Assembly (NCBI GenBank): GCA_028023455.1
Contig: JAQFVV010000005.1
Span: 12,214,001-12,278,000, forward strand
DNA from: Epiperipatus broadwayi
Lineage: Eukaryota; Animalia; Onychophora
Direction: 5' to 3'
DNA length: 64,000 nucleotides
Positions 36,402 through 49,500 of the stretch are shown piece after piece. Positions within the stretch are counted from its first letter, which is position 1. Each line of letters opens with the position of its first letter. The position numbers and the translations under genes were made by a program. Below the pieces are notes generated by a model. That model worked only from the letters and a program-made list of their open reading frames with translations. It was not told the DNA's origin and made no database searches.

Positions 36402-38231
36402 ATGGCTTCTTTCACTGAAAAATTTAATTATGATTCTGATATGGGCAACGGTTTTCCTATTGAAGATGTCTGCATGTCTGAGGCTTCATGTTTTTCTTAT
36501 TCTGCGAATTCCAGTGACACATCAGATGATTATTTGGATGATCGAGAAGCTGTGGTTTCAAAGAAAAGAAAAAAGATGCAGTGAAGTCATCTGTAAGGGT
36601 GCTGAGGAAGGCGACTGAGCTGACGCCGGGTCTTCATCTCGACCTGATTCAGATTCGTTTCTTGGTAATAAATCATGTGTAGCAATCGGAACATTTACTA
36701 AGTTTCCAGGACTAAATTTGCCCATTACCCATGAGTACTCATTTCTTTTATTTATGTTTTGATAGGAAATTGTTTGACCCCATTTGTACTGAAAGCAATA
36801 GATATGCTTCAGAGTGGAAGGCATTACCAAAGTGGGTCTATCTGTCACCCACTGAGTTGAATGCATTTTTTGGCATGGTAATTCATATTTGTAGTGTAAC
36901 ACGCATGACAAAACTCCAATATATTTGGTCTAAAGATGAATTTTTACATCAACCGGTATTTGTTAAAGTTATGACCCGAGATCGATTTTTTGGAATTCTA
37001 ATTAATTTGCATTTCAATAATAATAAAACCATGCTACCTAATTACTAGTAAAGAGCATGATAGGATTTATAAAATAAGGCCAATTATAGATCATTGTAAT
37101 ATTAACTTCAAGGCTGCATACTAGATGCATCAAGAAGTAGCAGTTGAAGCAATTACGAAATTCAAGGGTCGTAACACGATGAAACAGTGTGATTCCTCAA
37201 AACTGGTAAAGCAAGGTTTCAAATGGTGGGTCTGTGCAGATAGCCATAATGGATATGTGTACCACATGGAGTTGTATACAGGCAAAGATACAACTGAAGA
37301 TGCTGGCCTAAATCTGGGAACCTGAGCAGTGCTTTTGCCATATCTAGCTAAACAGAATCATATTGTTTTTTTGTGAGATATTTTACTAGTGTGCAATTAG
37401 CAGAAAAGCTGTCTGCAAGTAAAATCACTTGTTGTGGCACACTGAAAGCTGATAGGAAGGGTATTCCAGTTAGCATCCGTGAGAAAGCCAAAAATTTTAA
37501 AAGATATGCAGAGAGGAGACTTCTGTTCTGTATATGACAGTGGTCTTGAGTTTCTAGTATGGATGGATAAGAAGCCAATTATTATGCTCAATAATGCTTA
37601 TCCACCATCTGGAAGTGGTACTGCTATTAGAAAACACAAGGATGTACATGTCATACATATCCATGTCCAAATGCTATCAAAAAATACAACTACTTCATGG
37701 ATGGGGTTAGATTTAGCAAACCAGAAGCGAACTGCATACGTCTGGGATAGGAAGTCTAAGCATTGGCCTATGCATTTATTCTGGCATTGTTTTGATACAG
37801 CCATCAATAATTCCTACATTATATACAGACTTTACATGGCCCAAAAGAAAATGTGGCCTAAATCACACTTGGAATATAGAGTAGCTTTATCAGCCAGCCT
37901 TATGGGTGACTTCACAACCAGAAAAATGAAGCCTTCAGTCATACATCTGCATGCCATAAAATTGCTGATCTGTGCATTCGTAACAAGCCCATCAAAAAGG
38001 TGCAATGTATGCCTCAAAAACAAAGCACGACATGCATCTTACTTTAGCTGCGTAGAATGTGAATGTATCCCCCTGTGTAGGTGTGAAGAGAGAGGCTGCT
38101 TTGCTGCTTACCATGCCAGAAGCAGCACTACACAGCTACAACAGAAGCAGCACTACACAGCTACAACACCTATGGCACACATACAGGCTCAGAATCATAT
38201 CAATGCTGGTTTTCGAATAGGTAAGACATAA
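36402..38231 (+). pseudogene. piggyBac (DDE_Tnp_1_7 / PGBD-like) transposase pseudogene
   Basis: Acidic N-terminus, ELNAFFGM, MTRDRFFGIL..LHF, AITKFKGR, GFKWWVCADS..GYVY..ELYTGK, decayed catalytic motifs (AVE, DIFTS, MDGLDLANQ), C-terminal Cys-rich domain CNVC...CVEC...C...CFAAYH; several stops and frameshifts. Confidence 0.93.
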
Positions 38232-38654
38232 CATGATTTTATTTATATTGCTGTTTATTAGTTTGATGATTATAGTAACACTATATATTTTGTTGTAATT
38301 TTATAGTCACATGATTCAGCTCTTGCAACTCAAGCCACCCTGCTTTGTATGTTAACAAGGAACCATATCACCACTTGGTTCTGCAATAGATAAGATATAT
38401 CATGCTTTTATTTATATTGTACATTTATTGTATGATTATAGTAAGATTATATATTCATTTGTTGCAGATTTGTAGTCACATTTTGTTATCACACTGTACA
38501 ATTGCTCCAACCCCTGCAATTCAAGCCACCCTGCTTTATATGTTGACAAAGAATCATATCTTCGCTTGGTTCTGCAATAGGTAAGATATATCATGATTTT
38601 ATTTATATTGTACATTTGTTGCAATTTTGTAATTCTTGAATTTTTCATTTTTAG
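38190..38654 (+). repeat. Three ~170-190-bp tandem exon/intron-like units
   Basis: Each unit ends in a GAATCATATC...TGGT...AATAG-like block followed by GTAAG (ATAAG in unit 2) at 38220, 38389 and 38580. Confidence 0.8.
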
Positions 38655-38716
38655 GTGAGACAATTTCAACTTTACTTCAAGGTCTCGCATTACCTATGGT
38701 TTACAGCATGTATCTT

Positions 38717-39050
38717 CAATGTTATTTTTATCTTGATTTGCTTTATGTATTTATATTTTCAAGAATTTGAAAAGACGTTCAACTTCCCTCAATCCATTCA
38801 TTCTACCTTATACAACTGATATACATGACTGCACATGTGAAAAGGATAAATGACTCCCAATGTTGAATCAAGTCATCAGTTGGTCCACATCATCAGTGTT
38901 ATTTTTCTCTTGATTTTCTTCATGTATTTATATTTTCAAAAACTTGAAAAGACTTTGAACTTCCCTCTATGCATCCACTCTACCTCATACAATTGATATA
39001 CATGACTACACATGTGAAAAGGATAAATGACTCCCAATGCTGAATCAACA
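38717..39050. repeat. Two ~180-bp tandem repeats inside the piggyBac 3' region
   Basis: ...GATATACATGACT.CACATGTGAAAAGGATAAATGACTCCCAATG.TGAATCAA present twice. Confidence 0.85.
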
Positions 39051-39123
39051 ATCATCATCATCTCACATTCATATATAATCGTTGCTTGTAATTCCTTTTG
39101 GCTTATTTATTTTTGTTAATTTA

Positions 39124-39397
39124 TTTACTATGCTTTTATTCATTTTATTGTAGATAACTTTTTAATTGTTTGATATTATGCTTTGATTTTATACTTTGGT
39201 ATAAAATAATACATAATTTAGCTCGCCCCCCCCCCCAATTTTTCAATAATATAGTAAATTATTTTTTATCCCCATAACTTACAATTTATTATGCTTTTAT
39301 TCATTTTATTGTAGTTAACTTTTTAATTGTTTGATATCATACTTTGATATTACGCTTTGCTATAAAATAATACATAATTTAGTTTGCTCCCCCCCCC
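39124..39397. repeat. Two ~110-bp repeats ending in C-runs inside the piggyBac 3' region
   Basis: ATGCTTTTATTCATTTTATTGTAG.TAACTTTTTAATTG...ATAAAATAATACATAATTTAG...CCCCCCC present twice. Confidence 0.85.
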
Positions 39398-40599
39398 TCA
39401 TAACTTACACTTTACTAAAGTTATTACTGTTATTTTTTTGACCCTCACTAAAACCAAGCATTTCTAATAGAAATCCTGCATGGAAGGCCTAGGAGATACA
39501 CTGCTTGCAAAAGTGAGACATATAGGCTTGGAAGTAAAAAAAACTAAATAGATATTGTCTCCTTCTGCCACATTACACCAACAAAATGTAACTCAAGCAG
39601 GTCATGTTATATAGCTTTTTTTTCTGCATTTTATGACAAATATGATGAAGCTGTCTATGAAATTGTAATTTTAAATTATATCTTTCAAAATTGAGAATTT
39701 GTGAACCAATGTAAAAATAAACATGTTTAAAAATGTAAAAAGTCTTTTAATTTTTTTTTTTTTTTTGGTAATAGCTATTTTATCAGCTTTATTACATTCT
39801 TTCATATCTGCACTTTCTAAAAATGTATATATATATATTTATTGTAATAAATTAGAAATTTCATTTAAAATTATATGGCCTGTAATTTTTTTTTAAATTC
39901 AAAATGGCCGCTCAGGATTCAAAGAGTTAAAAAGAGACAAGAATGGCATTCCATCTAAAACTAATTAATTAATTACAATTAAAAAGTAGAAACGATTACT
40001 TATTTTCCAGATGTATTTACAGTTAAAAAATATATAAAACCTTGTCAACAGGATCTGAATGATCAACCAATTAGAAAAGGAATTCCAATGATTAATTAAA
40101 AAAGTGAGCACATGATCTGGAAAAAAAAACCAAGAGACTCTCTCATGGAACCTATGATAGTGCACATGGACTTTCAACACCATGGTGCTGGATATAATGT
40201 GTTATCTTAGCTTGAATTAAACAGTTCAGACTAATCATCATTATTTTAATATTTTTTGGGTCTATAAGTAGTTAAATTGTAAATAATATAACTTGTATAT
40301 GTAATACTAATAGTCTTATGTTTGCATTATTTATGTATTAAATCATAATCCCAAGTTGTTGCAGTATTCTTATTTTTACCAGGTGAAAATTTATATAAGC
40401 ATATGTTTGTTCTGAAGCATAGGGATTGCTCCCAGACATAGCATATACTAAAGATTTAAACAAATCAACATAAACATCTGTGTTAATTCTCTACTAAAGC
40501 ATTTGTGGTGTCTCCTTTAGATCTAAGATAGTAAATTATATAAAATCTCAAAAATATATTTCATCTTTGCTTGCACATTATTTCAATCATTATCATTGA

Positions 40600-40920
40600 T
40601 TCATTGTTAGATGAAGTTTCTCTGCCTCAATCCATTTTCTGTTTGATTTACAGCTTTTCTACCTTAAGATACTCCAGAAAACTTTCTTATAATATAATCT
40701 CTGTCTAAGTCTTTTTAAACTCTCTTGGTAGTCACTTCAAGATTTTAGCTGCCCATCTTTTACTATTTTTTATGACATGCCCAATCTAGATGAATTTTAG
40801 TATCTTAATTCTTTGAATGATGGCATGATTTGTTTATTCTCCTACTCTTCTTGTTGGTTTGATGCCTGTAATTTTGAGTAGTCAAGACTCAGTTCTGATA
40901 AAATATTATTTTCAAAGACC
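40600..40920 (-). mobile_element. Decayed RTE-like LINE 3' fragment
   Basis: Minus strand IIQRIKILKFI*IGHVIK..RWAAKILK*LPREFKR, parallel to the 3' end of the 10-11.3-kb element. Confidence 0.65.
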
Positions 40921-42589
40921 TAGTCAGATTTCATTTTAGTATTCAGTTAATATATCAAAAGTAGTCCATCTAAATTTAATTCTATTATTAAACTGAACCC
41001 ATTCTGTTATATGAATAATCTGACAAAGATATTTATAATTCTTAATTTCTGATCTAAAATTATGCATTAATTCTTGAAAAATAATTTGATTCGGTTTTTA
41101 TTGCTTAAAATTACTTCTACTGTATAGATATTATAACATTACTTCATTTCTATTTAGGAAAATTATTCTTAAATTGCGTTTTAAATTTTATAAAGATCAC
41201 ACACAGTAATTTATTTATTATCTTTATCGATTTATTTATTCAGTTGAGGCATTTGATTCAATTATCAAACAATCTTGTGGTAATGTCAAAAAGTAATTAT
41301 TTGTCCACAGATGTTTATTAGTATTGTACAGCTTCTACAAACTGAATTATAAGTACTATTACTGTTGATTACAAATCTGAAACACTTGAAATAAAAATAT
41401 GTTAAACAAGTATGTGCATTAACTCCAACTTTGTATTCCATAATGGTCTTTAGGATAGTGTGTAGATAGCTTCATAAAATAGATATCAAGATAGGAAGGT
41501 TTGATAAAGGAATTTTACTTTCAGCTGATTAAAAGAAAAACACTCAAAATGAGGGGGAAGTGTCTCGGCAACTTTCAGTCTAGTATAAATATCTTGTTAG
41601 CTTTTTAAATAAAAGACAGATTTGGATATTCTATTATTATACTGCATTTAACAAATTAAACGATCGAGTATTCACAGGGATAATAAATTAATTATAGAGA
41701 GTGTTTATTTTGAATCAATTTATTTATGGAAAGTAAGATTTGGATTTTTATCAATATAAAAAAAAAGACTTCAGAAAATTTTCATTTATGAACCACGTAA
41801 GATTTTAAATATAATATAGCAAGTCTGTAAGATCAATCAATATGTTTATTATTTATCTGGATGTAATAGTACAAAAACTACGACCATAAAGGCTAATTTT
41901 TTTTTTTTTTAGTTAGGAATGTAAAATGAATGAATAGTAACACATTAGAAATATTTTAGGTGATTGTGGTTTTATGGAAGAGGCAGATCTCATTTTCATT
42001 ACAAACATCTCAAAAATGCCCTGAACATTGCAGTATAGATTGTCCTCATTAAATATAGCTGAAGGTGAAATATAAATGGAGAATCATACTTAAGAAAAGT
42101 ATTAAAGTCTTTCAAAAAGTAAAGTTGATTGTAGATGAAGTTGAAGACAGCATCGAAGGATACTGAATAATCAATTCAAAATACTAGTATATAATACATA
42201 TGGTTTACAGATTGTTTTATATACTTGTAGAATAAATTTATCTCTAAGACCTTTTTCATCTGGAGTTAGAATTATCATAGGATTATAATCATTTTAAAGT
42301 GGCTGCTAACATTGATGATAATGCTGCTGCATATGTCTGAAGAAATTATTTTATTATCAAATATAGTCCAAATCCTTGTAAATTGAATTAAAATTTGAAG
42401 ATATATATATATAAACAAAATAAAGTATTCTGCTATCTCTTAATATGACCACATTTTGTATTCATTTATTAAAATTGGATGTGTATATATATATATTTGT
42501 AAAGATTGGATAAAGGGGGAAAGAGATGAAAGAACGCAGAAATGATTTCTTCACTATTTGTAAGGTTCTGAATTATTTATTATCAAGGA

Positions 42590-43204
42590 TAAACATAAAC
42601 AAAGAGCTTAGCCAATTGCTCAACAAGCTTTGTGATAAATGCTTAGCTAGAGAAAGCATTTAAAATATCTCTATCAGAAACCACACTCAAACCTCTGACC
42701 AATGGTTTCATGCTTTGGCACTCCTCAGAGAAGTGCTAGGATAGTTTCAGACACTAGATCTACAAATACCAACCCAAAACCAGCATTTATCTAAGAGTTA
42801 ACCATTGAGTAGAAAATCTGAAAATGTTCAGACACTTAAATGTTTTCAAACCCAGCTATTTAACTCAAATAGCTATATGGGGCTGAGAGATCTTCAGCTA
42901 AACCATATATTTGTTGTCTTAGCAGTATAACATCACTTAAGACTTAAAGCAAAGACTAAATAGTCAATAAGTCATATATCACATGATCTCATTTCTTTTT
43001 TAAGTTTGTAATGGCTATGGTTTGGTATTTTTAGATCTAGTGTCTGAAACTATCTTAGTATCTCTCTGAAGGAGTGCCAAAGCATGAAACCATTGGTCAG
43101 AGGTTTGGGTGTGGTTTCTGATAGATATTTTAAATGCTCTCTCTAGCTAAGCATTTATCACAAAGTTTGTGGAGCAATTAGCTAAGCTCTTTGTTTATAT
43201 TTTA
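42590..43204. mobile_element. MITE with ~180-bp TIRs
   Basis: ATAAACAAAGAGCTTAGCCAATTGCTC...CAGACACTAGATCTA..AATACCAA mirrored at ~43020-43200. Confidence 0.88.
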
Positions 43205-45984
43205 CAAGCTGATAAAAGAAATGGGGTGATGCAGTATATGACTCTATTTTTATTCTTTATTGACTATTTAAAGGATTAACATGTTTTGATCAGTTGGATA
43301 TTTATTTATTTATATGTTAAACATTTGATGCATGTTGCAATCTTTTAATATATGTGTGTATTAAACGTTTACATTTTTACTCATCTTAACTTTTATTATT
43401 ATTTTTTGACACTTCTAAGGTTAATATTTTATTTAGGGTCATTGAGGATGCAATAGTAATAATGAATAAAGAAAGGATAAATAAAGGAATTATCTTAAAA
43501 TTATATTAGGAATAATGTTAATATGATGAATTAAAAGTATACGTGGATTTTTTTGTAAAATAAAAAAAAAAAAGGGGGGGGGGTTGTGATTTATATACTG
43601 TACATATACTGTACATGTATTTTTACTTTTTATATAATTTAAATGTTCTTTATATTTTTTAAATTATCTGTCTTATTTTTTTGTCAATCTCAAAGTTGAG
43701 AGAATTTTTCTCACTAGTGCATGAATTTAATAATAAGCAATAAGAGTAAAACAGAAAATTCTTCAAGTAACTGTAAATCTAAAGGCACTATGGAGATCAT
43801 TTGTGTAATATAAGAAAAGGCATGTAAAGGTCATAAAGATACTATTATTACTCTGTCAGCATATATGGTCAGCTAGTAATATTTTGTTCTTATTAATTTT
43901 GCCATATTCATCTGAAAAAAAATCAATTTAAACTGGGCATGGATGTGTGAGTAAATAAGCGAACTATCTCAGGGTTTTACTCCCCCTTGCTTGTATCTGC
44001 TGGTTTTATATCAAATGGAAGATCATTAGCAAGCATAAATATATGAAGGAACATCATATTAAACAACTAACTATCCTTGCCATGAGAAAGGATCTAACAC
44101 TACAATTCAAGAAACATTTCCAAAAACTTTGATTAATCTTCTCAGTCCATCCTGTTACAGTTTACAGAAATAATACTAACTAAAATCATTCTAAAGTCAC
44201 ACATTCTACAACAAAAGATTCCATCAGCCACTTTAACAAAGAGCAGGCATCAAGATTGAAGCAGAGACTTTTAAAATAACTATCTTATTAGAAAATTATA
44301 AGAGATCGATCAATTATAATTGAGGTTTAAACTGATGTGTACACACTTTTGTCATTTTTTTTGTTATAAGTATATTTTTATTCCTTTAGTATATATCCAT
44401 GAAAATAGTGAAGTACATTAACAAGTATTGATTTTTTATAACTATCAAATGATTTATAACTTATATTTATTATATAGTATAAATGCATTAGATAAAATCT
44501 ATTGGCATTTATATAAAAATGAAGACTATTTTAAATGAAAAAAAAAAATGATTTTATTATTATTACCAATGAGGTATATATTTTTTACTATAACTTAGAA
44601 GCATTCATTAATCACGAGATACATTTGAAGGTAGATTTGCTTTTACAGCATTTCATTTTTTTTATATATATATCAGATAGTCATATTAAGCACTTATTAT
44701 GAAGAAGTATTTATTAATACTATTGTAATATTATCTATAAAATTCCTACTAGACTTCGTAACTTTAAGCATTGTACAGATACATTAGTGCTTTTGCCATA
44801 TTTAAAGAATTATTGTTAAATATAGAGATTATTCCCAAATGCAACTTATGCTTAGGTATCTCATAAAGATAAATGTAGTTGAGGGGAACAGATACCTGAT
44901 ACAATTCTGAAGAAAAAAATTTTTTTTTGGTTTGAAGTTAGTTTTATTCTACCCAAAGAATGAATCTCTGATTTCAAATTACTTGGGTATTAAATAAGTA
45001 CAATTATTACTATTATGCCTTGTTTAATCATATGATATAGATAGTCTTCATTTTGGATATAAATACAATTTCAACAAATGCTCAATAACAAATATTACTC
45101 AACATAAGCTTTATGAATCAATTAAGAAACATGTGATGAAATGAATATTATTGCTGCTATTTTATTTCATTGTTGCCATTCTCAGATATATCATAAATAA
45201 AAGATGAAACAGTTGTTTTATTTAATGCTTGATTTCATGTATTTTTTTATTATTTAAAACTACATCATTTATCTATATATACATGGGTCATAGTGCAATA
45301 TTTGATTTTATTAATTTAACTATTTTACCCTAAGAATATTGAAATACTATTTTGATTGCTTATGTAAGCCCTAATGAACACTTATATTAGGAATATTAGT
45401 AAATTGAGATATTAAATTCTTTATATTTAGTTGTTTTTTAATATAGTGTAGATTCAATAAAATATTTCCTTTGTTTATATACTATATTCAACAGATGATT
45501 GTAAGTCTCGTTAGTGTATTTTAATGTTAAACCCTGAAATTAGAGATTTACAGTATAAAATGATAATAAACTTGGATGTAATCATTTTCATTATTATTAG
45601 GAATTTGGATTGCTTATTTGTGAGATACTGTTGTAAGAGGTAGCTTATTCACATGTTAATTATCATTAGAATTTGATATAAAATGATATAGTTTCTCTTT
45701 CTTCATTTGTTTGTCTAATTTAAAAGCCTCCTTTTGTACTGTTGTAATTTTGACATTGCAAACCTGTCTGCAATGAGTTGGTATACCAAAAATTTCATAC
45801 TGTTACAATATATAATCAGATTTGTGATAAACATCATGATGTATATGTAAAATGAAAGAAATTGGTCTGAAAAATTTTACATAGTGATAGTTTAAGTCAT
45901 TAGATATTTGGAGAAACACATAAAAAATTTGAAGATTTGCTTGATTTACACACACACATATATAAATAAATATTATATCAACCT

Positions 45985-46560
45985 ATGTGTACATTATCCA
46001 GCTTCACCTGGAAGAATGTAAATTATGGAAGCACTTCCAAACTCTAGCCCTTCACCAAACTGATAACATGGACTCTGGCAATGTGCTGTTCAAATCAGCC
46101 TTTCAGAAGGGACACTTTGGACAGATCCGGCTAGCTATCTTTGTAAACTTTGCCATCTGGTCTGTCCGATGCAAGATTACATTTAAAAAATGAAACAATT
46201 GTTCCATTGAAGAACGTTTTAATAAAACCCTACACAACATCAATGAAGATGATAAGCGGACTTTGTCAACCTTGGCTGGCTGATCAGACTTGGGGCCAGA
46301 TCAGGCTTTAGTTTGATTCACCCTCACCATAAAAGATCATAGTTATATATCTTCGTATTTATCTGTTAACTTTTATTTGTAATCCTAACCAAACAGACTT
46401 GGAGCCAGACCTGATTTTAGCTTGTCCCTTCTGGATCACACAAATATAGTTATTCCCTCTTGTTGATCCTAGTGCCTTGTCACCCGGCTCTAAAATATAA
46501 CCTTTATATATCTCAATTAATCATTATATTACTTATAATTTATTTCATTTAATCATTATA
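45985..46560 (+). mobile_element. Possible L1/Tx1-like LINE 3' fragment
   Basis: H...ECKLWKHF...AIWSVRCKITFK resembles the C...W...IW..R...F C-terminal region of L1/Tx1 ORF2. Confidence 0.45.
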
Positions 46561-49500
46561 TATTCCTGTTACATTTTTCCTATGTTTTGCCTAATATGAA
46601 TGTGAATAAAATTTGCTTTTAAAAGTAGTTTACAAAGCCTCATTTTTTTCTTGTTTGTAAAAGATTTTGTAAACTAGTTACTTTATTCAAAAAATATCCA
46701 GTTTAGCATTATACATATTTTTTATTAATAATTCTCATTAATTTATCTCACATATGTATAATAATGTATTGTGAAGGTACCAACTTCACTACACATATAT
46801 TATGATGCCATCATTCCCATATATATATATATATATATATACCTTATTTATGCATCTTGAAGTCACTTGTCTTTTTCAGATATCTATTTATGTGATTAGT
46901 ATATAAGTAATAAAACTAAAGGTATATATTATAGTAGTGACCCAGCATACATAGTTGATATAGAAAGCATGTGTTGGGTAATCAAAATTATTTAAAATTC
47001 TTTTAAATTTAAACTATTATTATTTTTTTAAATGCGAATGCATGCGTGAAATACAGTATAAAAAAGCACTTTAAACAAATAAAGGTAACAAACACTTATA
47101 ACATTTATTAAAATAAATTTTAATGGAAATTGATGTAAGATCACTTAAATTAAAACAAGAGCTTGAAATAATTTTTTAAAAGAAAGTTAATTTGGTTAGA
47201 CTTATAGATAACAAAAAATGAATCTATAAATCTGGTTAGTCTCCAATTTATTATGTAGTTTTAATTACTGATCTATAGTGTATTTATAATTAGGAAAAAA
47301 TGTAAAAGAATTCATAAGAGATTAAAAGGTTACATATTCTTCATTAGTACTGGACTAGGGACTAAAAAAAACATTATAGCTCTGATTTTAGAAAAGAACC
47401 GTAAAAACTTTTATTTTGTGAACTATAATGTGGCTGAAAAATATATTGCTGGGATTTATAAAATATTAATCATTCTTGCTAGGAACAGAACATTTGTTTT
47501 ATGGATTACAAGTATTATTTGTTAATGCAGCCAGAGAATATGCCTTGCTAATTATCTTTAAGTGTTCCAGTTCACTATAAATTATGTGGCCATGTTTAAA
47601 AACTACCTGAGCTCAAATTTAATATCATAAACCTGGATTAACTAAAATGCTGATGAAGAATGTGTGCCCCTATTTTTTTTTTTTTTTTGGAAAATAAAAC
47701 AAGTTTAAAGAGAAATATCACAAGTCTTCACCCCATGCTGATCAATAACGGAAACTTTAAAAAAACAATATACAGAAAAGACTTAGTAAGTCAGTATAAT
47801 CTGATTACTTTATTAGAATATATTTCATATGTAATAGTTGCTAAGTTACTTTTATCTATTTATTTTTTATATGCTTAGCTAATGTATTTTAAAGTAATTA
47901 TTTTTAACTTGTAAATGTGTATTAATTCTAACTATTAAATAAATTATTAGTTTTCAAAATTCAAGTTGTTATTGCGATATTATATAGCAGCTTTCATTTC
48001 AAATGTTCACATTAGTACTTAACAGTTACATGTTAACCAAAAGGGTAAAAACAGAATTTAAATTAGAGAAAATGTTTAATCACTGAGCAAATGCTGAATG
48101 TTATCATGAATTGAGGGATAGTATTTGAAAATGGTAAAGGCTGAAAATGTATGCCTCTTTATTTAAGTTAAATATTTTCTGAGTGGTAACTAGTATTGTT
48201 TTGTGGAAATGATTATGAAATAAAACTTGTTTTGAGTTCAATCATCTTTATTCTTATCTACTTTATATATGACACTATGAAAGTTGCATTAATTAGTCAT
48301 ATCTAAAGATAGTCCCTCCAGGTTACTGGTGCAATATAGATAAAATTAAGTACAGTGTTTTCCCAATGCTGTCTAAAGTAATATTTTATTAAAAAGAAAA
48401 ATCTGAAATATAAATAAAATACTGATTTATAAAATGTATTTATTATTTTATTTTTGATCTTTAATTTATAGAACAAACTAATTTTTGAAACTGAATGCAT
48501 TATTATGCATTCTAGAACAAAAAGAATAATAAAAAGCTTTGAATTATTAAACTTACATAAAAAATTGTTTTTTTAGAATTGATGAAAATAAAAATATTTT
48601 TATTTGGTTATTGATAAATAGGATGGCTGGCTAAAAAGGAGCAAAGAGAGTGCGTGTGTGAGAAAGAACTGAATAGTTTAATTTGAACCCTCCTTTTCTC
48701 ATAACTGCTCTGTCAAATCTTTAATTGGCAAAATAATTCAAAACCATTAGAAATCATGATCAAAGCAATGCTATTGAATTGATTAAATAATATCATTGAT
48801 GCATCACCTGAGAATCCTGAATGTTGAACCAAAAGACAAAGAATTCTCATAATGGAAAATACAGCGAACAATATAACCCAAACAGTAACACAGTTCCAGT
48901 TTAATGTTATAATTGTAGGGGGAAATGTACTTTATTTAGCTTAATGGTTTATAAAAAAGAAAAAGAAACTAATTTCAAAAATAACATTTTACATCTTAAA
49001 TTAAGGGAAACCACTTTTGCACAATATATCTGTATGATAAAATAATTAAATATAAACATTCTTATTTGAGTGCATTAGATTGATAGTATTATTAATATTT
49101 CTTAATATAAGCAATGATATAAAAAAAGCACAACTATAAATATTAATTATCTCTGATATATTTTAATGTATTTTTAAGAGAATACGTAATATCCGAATTA
49201 TAAATGTTAAATATAAACTCAAAATAATTAGGATCAAGTTTCAATCTTTTAAATATAAACCTTTTAAAAACAAAATAGCTGTCATTTATTTCTTCTTTAG
49301 CCAATAAACATCACATGATCATGTATAGAGTTTTATCTGTTTACTTCTTTTTGAGAAATATTAAATTTTTCTTATGAGATAATATACTTTCACAAGTTCC
49401 ATGTCTATCTGAAATGAACATTGTTCTGCATTTTCACCAGAATTATTTAAAGTAGTCCAAGAATTCCAGTTAAATATATAGTAGCTATGGTTTTCCTTTC

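Larger units (their letters stand above)
36300..39930 (+). mobile_element. piggyBac-family DNA transposon; right end recognisable, left TIR not found
   Basis: Transposase remnant, long repetitive 3' region, right terminus ...GGATTCAAAGAG followed by TTAA (39927-39930). Confidence 0.75.

Noticed and set aside
36430-38023. Overlapping and antisense ORFs across the piggyBac region
   Set aside because: Shadows of the GC-richer transposase sequence.
48810-48900. Transmembrane-like exon GTVLLFGVILFAVFSIMRILCLLV (minus strand)
   Set aside because: In-frame stop immediately upstream and no acceptor AG; hydrophobic frames arise easily in T-rich DNA.
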